A DNA stretch of 57,637 nt from positions 14,465-72,101 of the forward strand of contig CAYXYJ010000007.1 in assembly GCA_964469295.1 (NCBI GenBank). The letters are read 5' to 3'. The notes beneath the pieces are model-generated. The model was given only the letters and a program-made list of their open reading frames with translations, was not told the DNA's origin and searched no databases. The stretch is from an uncultured Candidatus Saccharibacteria bacterium (lineage in GTDB: Bacteria > Patescibacteriota > Minisyncoccia > Phycocordibacterales > UBA918). The first letter of the stretch is position 1. Each line of letters opens with the position of its first letter. Shown piece after piece: positions 47,019 to 56,544 of this stretch. A program made the translations under genes and the position numbers.

Positions 47019-49373
47019 TTACTGCTTCAACAATTCAACCGCGACTTCCAAGGTGAGGTCGTCGGTTTTTATAGTGTCAGGAATACTGATCCGTTTGAAT
47101 CCTTTACGGAAATAGCGACCGGATTTTGACTCGTACAGATTTATCATCTTTTTAGTGCGGGGATGGAGACCGATTTGTTTTAATAACGTTTCCCCTTTGC
47201 GTCCTTGTTTTGGTTGCTTATAAATTTCCAACGCACGGTTGTATGTAATGGTGTATGGATCATCGTCACCCTTAAGTGAACGAAAATCACCAACGTGTGC
47301 GAGATATGGACCAAATTTTCCGGTATTGGCGACAATAGGTTCGTTGGTATCTGGATGAGTACCAAGCGTGCGGGGCAAGGTGAGATAGCGCACGGCCATA
47401 TCGAGGGTAACGTCTTCGGGATTAACGCCGGTGGGGATACTTGCACGTTTTGGTTTTTCTATTTTTTTACCCTTTATCTTTTCTGGGGTGGCTCCCAATT
47501 GGACATACGGACCAAATTTACCAGTTAACACGTAAATCGCTTCACCCGTTTCTGGGTGCTGACCGAGCGGTGCGTCGTCAGTGGTTTTCAATTCGCTCCC
47601 ATCAATCAATCGTGATCCTTCACAATCAGGAAAACGTTCACAAGACAAAAAAGTACCCGTACGACCAAGTTTAATCACCATCGCTGCGCCACAAATCGGA
47701 CAGGGAAATTGCTTTGGGCCAGCGCCGAGATTGGTTAATTTGGGAATATTTTCTTTACTCTGTACGTCCTTATGAAAAGGGGTGTAGAATTCTCCTAGCG
47801 TAGTTTGGTATTTCCGGGTACCAAGTGCAATATCATCAAGCTGATCTTCCATGTCACTCGTAAACGTATCGCTGATGTAGTCAGTAAAATATTGTTCCAG
47901 AAAAGTAGAAACCACATCCCCGGTATCCGTTGGGATAAGTGTCCGACCTTCTTTAGTGACGTACCCACGTTCGGTAATTGTGTTCATAATCGACGCATAC
48001 GTTGACGGTCGACCGATACCACGTTTTTCTAATTCTTTAATGAGTCCAGCTTCACTGTAACGGTGTGGCGGTTCGGTTTGTTTGGCTTCAACCATTACTG
48101 TTGGTACCGTAAAAGTGGTACCGGTTTTTAACGGCGGTACTTCGGTATCTTCACCACGAGAGGTGGTATCAACAGCCAGCCACCCATCAAAAGTGACACG
48201 AGCACCATTGACGGAAAAATCGGGAATAGTATTGTCGGCCTGTATATTGGCGATGATTTTGGTACGAGCGAGTATAGCGTCACTCATTTGTGAACTAACG
48301 GCGCGGCGCCAGATTAATTCGTACAATGCTTTTTGGTCGGCGGTCAAACCAGCGGTTGTCGTATTAATATTTGTTGGACGGATCGCTTCATGAGCTTCTT
48401 GGGCTGACTTACTTTTGGTTTTGTACTGGCGCGGTGATAGGTATTTGTCCCCAAATGCTTTGGTAATATGAGAAATAATTTGTTTTTGTGCGACCACACT
48501 AAGTGTGGTGCTGTCGGTACGCATATATGTAATATGACCATTTTCATACAATTTTTGGGCTGCGCCCATTGTACGCGATGGAGAAAATCCTAGTCGAGTA
48601 GAAGCTGCTTGTTGTAGTGTCGAGGTGGTGAAAGGGGCACGTGGTGAACGCCTTGCGTCAGTTTCTTTGATGGTTTTTATTTCCCAGAGATTTTTTTCAC
48701 CGATAGTTTTAATTCGATCGGCTTCAACTTTATCCGTTGGTTCAACCGTACAAAGAAAGGGAATCTGGTATTTGTCGATTGTAGTTGGTGCCGTTAAGAC
48801 AAAATAATCATTCGGAATAAACGCCCGAATTTCGCGTTCCCGTTCCATAATGATACGTAATGCTGGAGATTGTACTCGACCGGCCGATAACCCATAGCGG
48901 ACTTTTTTCCAAATTAAACCAGATAAATCGTATCCTACTAATCGATCAAGTACTCGTCTCGCTTCTTGAGCAGATTTAAGATTTTCGTCGATCTTTCGCG
49001 GGTGATTGATGGCTTCTTTTACAGCGCCTTCAGTAATTTCATGAAAAACTACTCGTTTGAGATTTTTGTTGGCATCTTTGATGAGCTCAGCGACGTGCCA
49101 CGCGATGGCTTCACCTTCGCGATCCGGGTCGGATGCCAGTAGTACCATGTCGGCTTTTTTGGCCGCTGATCGGAGTCCGGCGATGACTTTTTCTTTTCCG
49201 GGGGAAATGATGTAGCGGGGGACAAAACCACCTTCAATGTCAACGGCGTCTTTATTGGTTTTGGGCAAATCGCGGACGTGTCCGATCGAAGACATGACGG
49301 TATATCCAGGCCCGAGATATTTCTCGATAGTTTTGGCTTTGGCCGGAGATTCAACAATAACAAGGATGTTCAT
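47019..49373 (-). CDS. topA: DNA topoisomerase I
   Basis: IVESPAKAKTI, SIGHVRDL, DPDREGE, SAGRVQS, ITYMRTD, EAHEAIRPT. Confidence 0.98.
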   Translation of the reverse strand: MNILVIVESPAKAKTIEKYLGPGYTVMSSIGHVRDLPKTNKDAVDIEGGFVPRYIISPGKEKVIAGLRSAAKKADMVLLASDPDREGEAIAWHVAELIKDANKNLKRVVFHEITEGAVKEAINHPRKIDENLKSAQEARRVLDRLVGYDLSGLIWKKVRYGLSAGRVQSPALRIIMEREREIRAFIPNDYFVLTAPTTIDKYQIPFLCTVEPTDKVEADRIKTIGEKNLWEIKTIKETDARRSPRAPFTTSTLQQAASTRLGFSPSRTMGAAQKLYENGHITYMRTDSTTLSVVAQKQIISHITKAFGDKYLSPRQYKTKSKSAQEAHEAIRPTNINTTTAGLTADQKALYELIWRRAVSSQMSDAILARTKIIANIQADNTIPDFSVNGARVTFDGWLAVDTTSRGEDTEVPPLKTGTTFTVPTVMVEAKQTEPPHRYSEAGLIKELEKRGIGRPSTYASIMNTITERGYVTKEGRTLIPTDTGDVVSTFLEQYFTDYISDTFTSDMEDQLDDIALGTRKYQTTLGEFYTPFHKDVQSKENIPKLTNLGAGPKQFPCPICGAAMVIKLGRTGTFLSCERFPDCEGSRLIDGSELKTTDDAPLGQHPETGEAIYVLTGKFGPYVQLGATPEKIKGKKIEKPKRASIPTGVNPEDVTLDMAVRYLTLPRTLGTHPDTNEPIVANTGKFGPYLAHVGDFRSLKGDDDPYTITYNRALEIYKQPKQGRKGETLLKQIGLHPRTKKMINLYESKSGRYFRKGFKRISIPDTIKTDDLTLEVAVELLKQ

Positions 49374-49400
49374 ATGTATGTATATCGTGCGTAACAAATA

Positions 49401-50318
49401 CTAGGTTTTGTCGGTGCTGTCAAATGATGTGTTGGGAGTAGAGTGAGGAGACGGATGATGTAGTGTGGTGTAGGTGCCATTTACTTCCATAATAATTCCT
49501 TCAATTTCTAAACGCATTAATAAAGTGCTCGCTTCGGTAATAGGTAAATTCAGTAATCGAATAAGGGTGTCTCTCGGTTTTGGTTCATTTAGGTGTACAA
49601 GGACTGGTGTGGCATAGTCTGGTATGGAAATAGTGGTGTTAACAGTGTCAATGCGGGGTATAAGTGAAAGAGCGTCAACGATGTCAGTACTGGTGGTGAT
49701 GGGAGTGGCACCAAGCTTTAAAAATTGATGGGTGCCAAATGATGAGGAAGAAAAAATGCTGCCCGGCACCACCAATACTTCGCGATTGTAATCGGTTGCC
49801 AGGCGTGCCGTAATGAGTGTGCCTGATTTTTCACCGGCTTCTATTAGTAAGGTCGCTTGGCACATACCAGCCATGATGCGATTGCGCGCAGGAAATGTCC
49901 AATCGGCAGAGGGTGTCGTTGGTGGTAATTCTGATAATAGACCACCACCGCGGGCGACAATTTTTTCGGCTAACGCATAATGACGGCGCGGGTAGAGGAC
50001 TTTGTCGCCAAGGCCACTGCCGGGGACGGCGAGGGTATAGAGGCCAGCGGCCAGGGCCGCTTCGTGAGCGATACCATCAATACCAATAGCGAGTCCAGAG
50101 ACAATGCCAACGTGATAGGAGGTTAACCCGGCAATCAGATGTTCGGTCACTTGTCGACCATAGGTAGAATATTTGCGTGACCCAACAACCGCCAATAGAG
50201 GAAGATCAGGTGAGGGCATAGTGCCAACTGCCCAGAGCGATTTTGGCGGTTGGGGAATTTCTGCCAACAGTGGAGGGAATTCAGATGGGGATAGAGTGCG
50301 AATCGAAAAAGAACACAT
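49401..50318 (-). CDS. dprA: DNA-processing protein DprA
   Basis: AVVGSR, IVSGLAIGID.IAH, FPARNRIMAG, SGTLITA; C-terminal winged helix. Confidence 0.96.
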   Translation of the reverse strand: MCSFSIRTLSPSEFPPLLAEIPQPPKSLWAVGTMPSPDLPLLAVVGSRKYSTYGRQVTEHLIAGLTSYHVGIVSGLAIGIDGIAHEAALAAGLYTLAVPGSGLGDKVLYPRRHYALAEKIVARGGGLLSELPPTTPSADWTFPARNRIMAGMCQATLLIEAGEKSGTLITARLATDYNREVLVVPGSIFSSSSFGTHQFLKLGATPITTSTDIVDALSLIPRIDTVNTTISIPDYATPVLVHLNEPKPRDTLIRLLNLPITEASTLLMRLEIEGIIMEVNGTYTTLHHPSPHSTPNTSFDSTDKT

Positions 50319-50326
50319 AAACGTAG

Positions 50327-50371
50327 CATAACACAAGCGGGCGGGGCGAAGCCCCGCCCGCTTGTGTTATG
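50327..50371. repeat. 21-bp-arm palindrome with C(GAA)G triloop
   Basis: CATAACACAAGCGGGCGGGGC-GAA-reverse complement. Confidence 0.9.
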
Positions 50372-50460
50372 ACGTCCGCCTCAGACCATCATAACGTCAT
50401 GATTGATTTTTATGTAAAAATGTGGTATTATTGAAATAGACAAAGATATGAGGTGGTACT

Positions 50461-51141
50461 ATGTGGAGGATTGTATTCCTGCCATTGATGACGTTGATGG
50501 TGATGCTTTCGACGACTGTGGCGCGATCTGAGACTCCGTTTGCGGGGTTTCACCTATCGTACGGTCCGAATCAGCAACAAGGTCACAACGATTTGCGGTT
50601 GGGCCACAACGATTTCGGATCGGTCGAATTGTGGTCGATTCCGCTCTCGACAGCGGTTACTGGAGAATCATTCGCCATGGGCTATCGCTGGCCGCTTGGT
50701 GATTCACGGTGGCGGATTGGACCGACTGCTGCGTTGCTGGCTGGACCGTTGTTCGGTTCAATCGGCGCCACTACCGCAGACAACACCGGTGCTATTTCGC
50801 TTGGTTACTCAAGCGAGTTTGTAGCCACCATCGGCGGCGAAGTTGGCTATGTGGTCGGTGACCAATGGCTCGTGACGGCAGAAGCTGGAGTGGTGGCGTC
50901 ACCTGCGGCGTTGATGCTCTCGGCCTCATACGACCGCTACGGTGATTCGTGGTCTGCTACCGGTTACCTTGTCGGTTCTTACTATGCTCTCGGCGTCACC
51001 CACGCGTTTCCATCTGGTCTGACGCTTGGAGTCAAGGTGGGTCAGTACGACCTCCAGGTCACGGATCAGGCGGAGGATTGGTATGGTGTTTTGTCCACGG
51101 AGAGTGTCATCGCCACGGTGGCGGTCGGGTGGCAATTTTGA
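50461..51141 (+). CDS. Secreted protein resembling an outer-membrane beta-barrel
   Basis: Sec signal peptide; alternating Gly/aromatic beta-strand pattern; terminal ...VATVAVGWQF. Confidence 0.65.
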   Translation: MWRIVFLPLMTLMVMLSTTVARSETPFAGFHLSYGPNQQQGHNDLRLGHNDFGSVELWSIPLSTAVTGESFAMGYRWPLGDSRWRIGPTAALLAGPLFGSIGATTADNTGAISLGYSSEFVATIGGEVGYVVGDQWLVTAEAGVVASPAALMLSASYDRYGDSWSATGYLVGSYYALGVTHAFPSGLTLGVKVGQYDLQVTDQAEDWYGVLSTESVIATVAVGWQF

Positions 51142-51264
51142 AATGATACGGGCGGCGGGCTTTGGTCCGCCGCCCTCACCCAGCGCTATCCAGTGCTGGG
51201 CTTTTCTTTTACAATTTAGAAACTCATGTATACTTTTATGATTACTGTATAAACGGTGTGTTGT

Positions 51265-52527
51265 ATGCTCGACATTAAATTCATTCGCGACAATCTTGAT
51301 ATTGTTAAGTTGGCGGCCAAAAAGAAAAAAATTACGGTTGATCTTGATCGGTTGGTCGTGCTTGATGATACTCGTCGTTCGCTCATGACAACAATCGAAA
51401 CCAAAAAAGCTGAACAAAATCGCGTCTCTGATGAGATTGCCAAAACGGCGGATGCAGCGAAACGTCAAGATTTAATTGCCAGCATGCAACCACTGAAGGC
51501 CGCCATTCAAACTGAAGAAGAATCATTAAAACCGGTCTTGGAAGAATGGAAAGCTTTGATGCTCCAAGTTCCGAATGTTCCTGACATGACCGTTCCCGAT
51601 GGCGACAGTGATGCTGATAATGTCGAAATACGTTCTTGGGGCGAACAAACCAAATTCTCCTTTGATGCCAAGGATCATGTTGAACTCATGTTGTCTCATC
51701 ATATGGTTGATTTTGAACGTGGGGCGAAAGTGCATGGTTTTCGTGGCTACTACATGATTGGTGATGGTGCCCGTTTGATGTGGGCGATTTGGAATTACGC
51801 TAATGATTTTTTTGGCGCTCGGGATTTTGTGCCAATGTTACCGCCGACAATTGTTCGGAAAGCTAATTTGTATGGCACTGGTCATTTACCAAACGACGCT
51901 GACGATGTGTATCGCACGCAAGATGATGATTATTTGATTGGAACGAGTGAAGTATCCGGTATGGGATTTTATGCTGATGAAGTATTAGAAAAAAGTCAGC
52001 TGCCAGTAAAGTTTTTAGCTTTTTCGCCTTGTTATCGCCGAGAAGCCGGCAGTCATAGCAAAGACGTAAAAGGATTAATTCGTGTGCATGAGTTTTATAA
52101 AGTCGAACAAATTGTGTTATGCGAAGCGAGTCACGAAGAAAGTGTAAAATGGCACGAAGAAATTACTAAAAACACCGAAGATTTTATGCAATCATTAGGT
52201 ATTCCGTATCACGTTGTCTTAAACTGTGGTGCTGATATTGGTCAAGGTCAAGTCAAGAAATACGACATTGAAGCGTGGGTGCCAAAGGAACACAAGTATC
52301 GAGAAACGCACTCTGCCTCATACTTTCACGATTTTCAAACGCGACGATTTAATATTCGTTACAAAGACAGTGATGGCAGTGTTCGGTATGCACATTCGCT
52401 CAATAACACCGCGGTGGCTGCACCACGCATTTTGGTATCACTGGTAGAAAATTTCCAACAATCAGACGGTTCTATCATCATTCCTCCGGTGTTGGTACCA
52501 TATTTTGGTAAGACAAAAATTGGATAG
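51265..52527 (+). CDS. serS: Seryl-tRNA synthetase
   Basis: MLDIKFIR, PNVPD..VP.G, LIGTSEV, CYRREAG, GLIRVHEF, AHSLNNT. Confidence 0.98.
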   Translation: MLDIKFIRDNLDIVKLAAKKKKITVDLDRLVVLDDTRRSLMTTIETKKAEQNRVSDEIAKTADAAKRQDLIASMQPLKAAIQTEEESLKPVLEEWKALMLQVPNVPDMTVPDGDSDADNVEIRSWGEQTKFSFDAKDHVELMLSHHMVDFERGAKVHGFRGYYMIGDGARLMWAIWNYANDFFGARDFVPMLPPTIVRKANLYGTGHLPNDADDVYRTQDDDYLIGTSEVSGMGFYADEVLEKSQLPVKFLAFSPCYRREAGSHSKDVKGLIRVHEFYKVEQIVLCEASHEESVKWHEEITKNTEDFMQSLGIPYHVVLNCGADIGQGQVKKYDIEAWVPKEHKYRETHSASYFHDFQTRRFNIRYKDSDGSVRYAHSLNNTAVAAPRILVSLVENFQQSDGSIIIPPVLVPYFGKTKIG

Positions 52528-52541
52528 GGACAACAGCCACG

Positions 52542-52582
52542 AACACAAACGGGTGGGAGCTTCGCTCCCACCCGTTTGTGTT
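52542..52582. repeat. 19-bp-arm palindrome with GAA triloop on the minus strand
   Basis: AACACAAACGGGTGGGAGC-TTC-reverse complement. Confidence 0.9.
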
Positions 52583-52593
52583 ACTATAAGCAC

Positions 52594-53562
52594 ATGTTTA
52601 AACAAAAGTCTCCAGTTAAAAAGAAATTTGGGACTATTCCAGCGACCAAAAAACGGCGTCGACCACTTAATCCACGAACTCGGTTGCTCTTGCGACAAAT
52701 AGTTATTGGAACGGGATTGTGTGTGTGTATTGCGGTAATCATTACGGGTATTTGGTTTGGTACACGATTGACATTTTTTACTATCGCAACGGTAACCGTC
52801 GATGGTGGAGAAACGATTAATCATGACGAGGTTCGTGCCAAAGTTGAAGAGCAACTACAAGGTGAATACCTCGGCTTAGTTCCGCGCCGCTTTGTGTGGT
52901 TATATCCACAAGAGGCGATAACCACAGCGGTGCAATCGATACCACGGTTAAAGGAACCGATGGTTGAACGTGACGGAACTATTGTGTCAGTGACATTCAC
53001 AGAATACATTCCGCACGCTTTGTGGTGTGATGACAAAACGAGTGAACACTGTTTATTTATTGATGATGCGGGGTTTGCTTTTGCTGAGGCACCACAACTG
53101 AGTGGGGGAGCTTTCCCTCGGTTCCATGTTATCGGCTCTACTCCTGTCCTAAAAACATTCATGCTTCCGTCGGCAGATTTGGTGGCGATTGAAACGCTTC
53201 GAGAACAAGTGAGCGACACACTCGATTTGCCAATTTTATATGTTGAAACTGATATTATGCGTGATGTGTTTATGGGGGTGGCGGGTGGTGGTGAAATAAA
53301 AGCGACGTTACGGATGTCTCCGCTCGAAACGTTTGATAATTTGCAAACGGTGTTGTCCTCGCCGGCCTTTAAAAATCTTGCCCCTGGCAATTTTCAATAT
53401 ATTGATTTACGTTTTGGCAACAAGGTATTTGTCAATGAAGAATTACCCACGGTGGCCACAACATCAGCGTCGTCAACCGATAGTCATGCCGTCCCAGAAG
53501 ACACAACTCCCGCTACGTCTACGCACCAAGGGACTAATCCAATAGAAGAACCACCGGCGTAA
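52594..53562 (+). CDS. ftsQ: Cell division protein FtsQ/DivIB-like
   Basis: Basic N-terminus, TM, POTRA-like region, C-terminal YIDLRFGNKVF. Confidence 0.8.
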   Translation: MFKQKSPVKKKFGTIPATKKRRRPLNPRTRLLLRQIVIGTGLCVCIAVIITGIWFGTRLTFFTIATVTVDGGETINHDEVRAKVEEQLQGEYLGLVPRRFVWLYPQEAITTAVQSIPRLKEPMVERDGTIVSVTFTEYIPHALWCDDKTSEHCLFIDDAGFAFAEAPQLSGGAFPRFHVIGSTPVLKTFMLPSADLVAIETLREQVSDTLDLPILYVETDIMRDVFMGVAGGGEIKATLRMSPLETFDNLQTVLSSPAFKNLAPGNFQYIDLRFGNKVFVNEELPTVATTSASSTDSHAVPEDTTPATSTHQGTNPIEEPPA

Positions 53563-53615
53563 TTACTACCATATCCGTTGGATTATGGTATATTGCCACG
53601 CATTAAAACCGTCCC

Positions 53616-54701
53616 ATGTCTCATTTTTGGCAAAACCTTCCAGCAGCATTTTTGGCCGTCGCACCAATGGCTGATGTTACCGATGTGGCGTTTCGGCGCA
53701 TGATTGCAAAGTATTCTCGTCATACACGAGCCGATGGAACAGTTGGCGGTCCGGATGTGATGTGGACCGAATTTGTAGCGGCTGACGGACTACTATTGGC
53801 ACCAAAGGCCGGGAGAGATAAATTAATGGCTGATTTGTTGTACAGCGAAGCAGAACGACCAATTGTGGCGCAATTGTTTACCAGACATCCGGAACATATG
53901 GAAGCCGCCGCCCGTCTCTGTCTGGAATTAGGATTTGACGGCATTGATATCAATATGGGTTGTCCAGCAGGCACCATTATTGATCAAGGGTGCGGTGCGG
54001 CAATGATTAAAACACCAGATCTCGCTCGTGCTGTCATTCAAGCGGCGAAAAGAGGGGCAGACAGTGATGCTGGTGGTATCCCCGTATCGGTGAAAACTCG
54101 CCTTGGCTACCATACTGATCAAGTGGAAGAATGGCTACCGGTTATTTTGTCAGAACAACCAGCCGCGGTAACGGTCCATGCTCGTACTCGTAAAGATATG
54201 AGCAAGGTACCAGCCCGATGGGAACGCTTACGGCGAGTGGTGGAGTTACGAAATGAATTATCACCGACAACCAAAATAATTGGTAATGGAGACGTGCTCA
54301 CTCGATCCGATGCCTATAAAAAAATTGCGACCTATGGTGTTGATGGAGCGATGGTGGGGCGAGCGTTATTTGGGAACCCATGGTTTTTTCATCCGACAAG
54401 ACAATTGCCGACACAACTGACGGCTTTACCGACGCATGGGGTGAATCGAGAAACGATTATTACGACTGATACGAGTGACGATGCGGTGGATTACGTGTCA
54501 CTAGCGGAACGGTTTCAGGTTCTGGTTGAACATTCGTACTTGTTCTGTGAATTATTGCCACATAAAAACTTCGCGATAATGAAAAAACATTACAAAGCGT
54601 ACGTTAATGGTTTCCCGGGTGCTGGTGAACTACGGTTGCGATTAATGGCAGCACCATCACCAAGGGCGGTGGCCGAAATCATTGCTAAGTGGCAATGTTA
54701 A
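53616..54701 (+). CDS. tRNA-dihydrouridine synthase (DusB-like)
   Basis: APMADVTD, DINMGCP, PVSVKTRLG, VHART, GNGD, GRALFGNPW. Confidence 0.95.
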   Translation: MSHFWQNLPAAFLAVAPMADVTDVAFRRMIAKYSRHTRADGTVGGPDVMWTEFVAADGLLLAPKAGRDKLMADLLYSEAERPIVAQLFTRHPEHMEAAARLCLELGFDGIDINMGCPAGTIIDQGCGAAMIKTPDLARAVIQAAKRGADSDAGGIPVSVKTRLGYHTDQVEEWLPVILSEQPAAVTVHARTRKDMSKVPARWERLRRVVELRNELSPTTKIIGNGDVLTRSDAYKKIATYGVDGAMVGRALFGNPWFFHPTRQLPTQLTALPTHGVNRETIITTDTSDDAVDYVSLAERFQVLVEHSYLFCELLPHKNFAIMKKHYKAYVNGFPGAGELRLRLMAAPSPRAVAEIIAKWQC

Positions 54702-54841
54702 CGTTCTTGCCTGTCCCCATTTAGGGTACAAAAATAATTCGTTTACGGTACAATAGAAAGTGATAGGTCGTCGAGTTATTGTATTATAAGGACGACTTTA
54801 TCGCTCAATTTGGTTGGCGTGTTTAGGGAACTGTTTATTGT

Positions 54842-55132
54842 ATGAATGAAATATTACAAGCAAATATTTTCTTTGTCATCGCAAGTGTCGCAACGGTGAT
54901 TTTTCTCATTCTCGTATCGATTGCGTTATTTCAAGTGATAAAGATACTGATTGCGGTGCGTACCGTGACTGAACGTATTGCTTCAGGGAGTACACAACTG
55001 GCTGACAATGTGGCTGATATACGGGACTTTGTCGCTGGTGGTGGGTTGATTGCGTATATTATGTCATTCGTCACCAAGAGAAAATCAAAGTCCCGATCCA
55101 CAAAGACCAAAACGGCGCGTGACGATAACTAA
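54842..55132 (+). CDS. Hypothetical membrane protein
   Basis: N-terminal TM followed by a coiled region. Confidence 0.7.
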   Translation: MNEILQANIFFVIASVATVIFLILVSIALFQVIKILIAVRTVTERIASGSTQLADNVADIRDFVAGGGLIAYIMSFVTKRKSKSRSTKTKTARDDN

Positions 55133-55149
55133 ACTAATTATATTTACCT

Positions 55150-55587
55150 ATGGCAGATAAGAAAAAGACGCTCACTAATAATGACAAGTTTACCATCGGC
55201 ATTGGCATTACCGCAGCCGCGGTAGCAGCGGCCGGAGCTTATTTCCTCGCTGGAAGTAAAAATGCTGCCAAAAACCGAAAGACGGTAAAGAGCTGGGCGC
55301 TAAAGGCTAAAGCGGAAGTATTGGAAGGTCTGGAAAAAGCCCAGCAAATGTCCCAAAAGGAGTATGAGGATTTGATTGAAACAGTGGCCGGGGCTTATGC
55401 TGGTCTCCAGAGTGCTTCCAAAAGTGATTTGGCAGGATTCAAGAAAGAAATGAAAGAACACTGGCAAAAGATTGCTAAAACCGCTACCCCAAAGAAAAAG
55501 ACGGTCAAAAAGGTAGCCACCAAAGCCGCGGCCGCAGTAACCAAAACCGCGGTCAAAAAAGTAGCTAAAAAGATAACGGATAAATAA
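55150..55587 (+). CDS. YtxH-like protein with Lys/Ala-rich tail
   Basis: AAAVAAAGAYFL hydrophobic segment, helical body, KKTVKKVATKAAAA tail. Confidence 0.65.
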   Translation: MADKKKTLTNNDKFTIGIGITAAAVAAAGAYFLAGSKNAAKNRKTVKSWALKAKAEVLEGLEKAQQMSQKEYEDLIETVAGAYAGLQSASKSDLAGFKKEMKEHWQKIAKTATPKKKTVKKVATKAAAAVTKTAVKKVAKKITDK

Positions 55588-55602
55588 TAAAAGAAAACGG
55601 GG

Positions 55603-55633
55603 AAAGGAGCGAGGCATTTTGCCTCGCTCCTTT
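55603..55633. terminator. 14-bp hairpin
   Basis: AAAGGAGCGAGGCA-ttt-TGCCTCGCTCCTTT. Confidence 0.65.
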
Positions 55634-55647
55634 GTTATGATATGTCT

Positions 55648-56544
55648 ATGCGTCAGATGTATATTGTGCTGGTTCTACTGGCGAGCGGGGTACTATTTTT
55701 TTTGGCAATTTTTTTGTACCCGCTGGCGGCCGTTGATGCTGGCCGAACGACTCCTTCCACTCCGTATGTATTTGCTGTCACCAATTTGTCTTACACCATG
55801 TCAAATGTAGTCGCGTTCGCAGTGATTGATAAAGTCACGGGGGAAGTATTGGTATCACAAAACGGAGAAAAGCGGTTGCCGTTAGCATCAGTGACGAAAT
55901 TACTGGTCGCCGGTGCGATTATTGACGAACCGTGGTTATCGGACACTGCAACAATCACAGCGTCAGATGTTACTGTTCCAGGTATGACCGGAGGATTGGT
56001 AGTGGGTCAGGTGTATACTTATCGCGAGTTACTCTTCCCGTTTCTATTAGCGTCCGCCAATGATGCTGGGGCAGCGTTGTGGCGAAATAAAGAATCGGAA
56101 ATTACCAATGCGGTAACAACGATGTTGCAGGAAGCTGATGTGGCAACCGGTATTACTTTGACAGATTCCACCGGCTTAGCAACGACCGATCAAGGAACGG
56201 CAATAACAGTGGCTAGCTTGGTACGGTATTTGGCGATACATCGACCGACAGTATTTGATATTACGGAACTGCCTTTCTATGTTGGGCCGTATACCGCTTA
56301 TCAAAACAACATTCCAGTCGCATCAGATGTATCATACCGTGGCGGGAAACACGGGTATACGGATGCCGCCGGTCGAACCTTGACGGCGATATTTACGACG
56401 CCGTTTGCTGACGGTGAACGGGAATTGATATACGTTATCTTGGGAGCTGATAATGTGGTAAAAGCCCAAGCCGAGTTGGCTGATTTTGTGACGAACCACA
56501 TTACCCGTACCGCCACCACTTCTGTTATAATAAGCAATCCATGA
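55648..56544 (+). CDS. D-alanyl-D-alanine carboxypeptidase (peptidase S11)
   Basis: PLASVTK (SxxK), SAND (SxN), KHG (KTG variant); N-terminal TM. Confidence 0.88.
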   Translation: MRQMYIVLVLLASGVLFFLAIFLYPLAAVDAGRTTPSTPYVFAVTNLSYTMSNVVAFAVIDKVTGEVLVSQNGEKRLPLASVTKLLVAGAIIDEPWLSDTATITASDVTVPGMTGGLVVGQVYTYRELLFPFLLASANDAGAALWRNKESEITNAVTTMLQEADVATGITLTDSTGLATTDQGTAITVASLVRYLAIHRPTVFDITELPFYVGPYTAYQNNIPVASDVSYRGGKHGYTDAAGRTLTAIFTTPFADGERELIYVILGADNVVKAQAELADFVTNHITRTATTSVIISNP

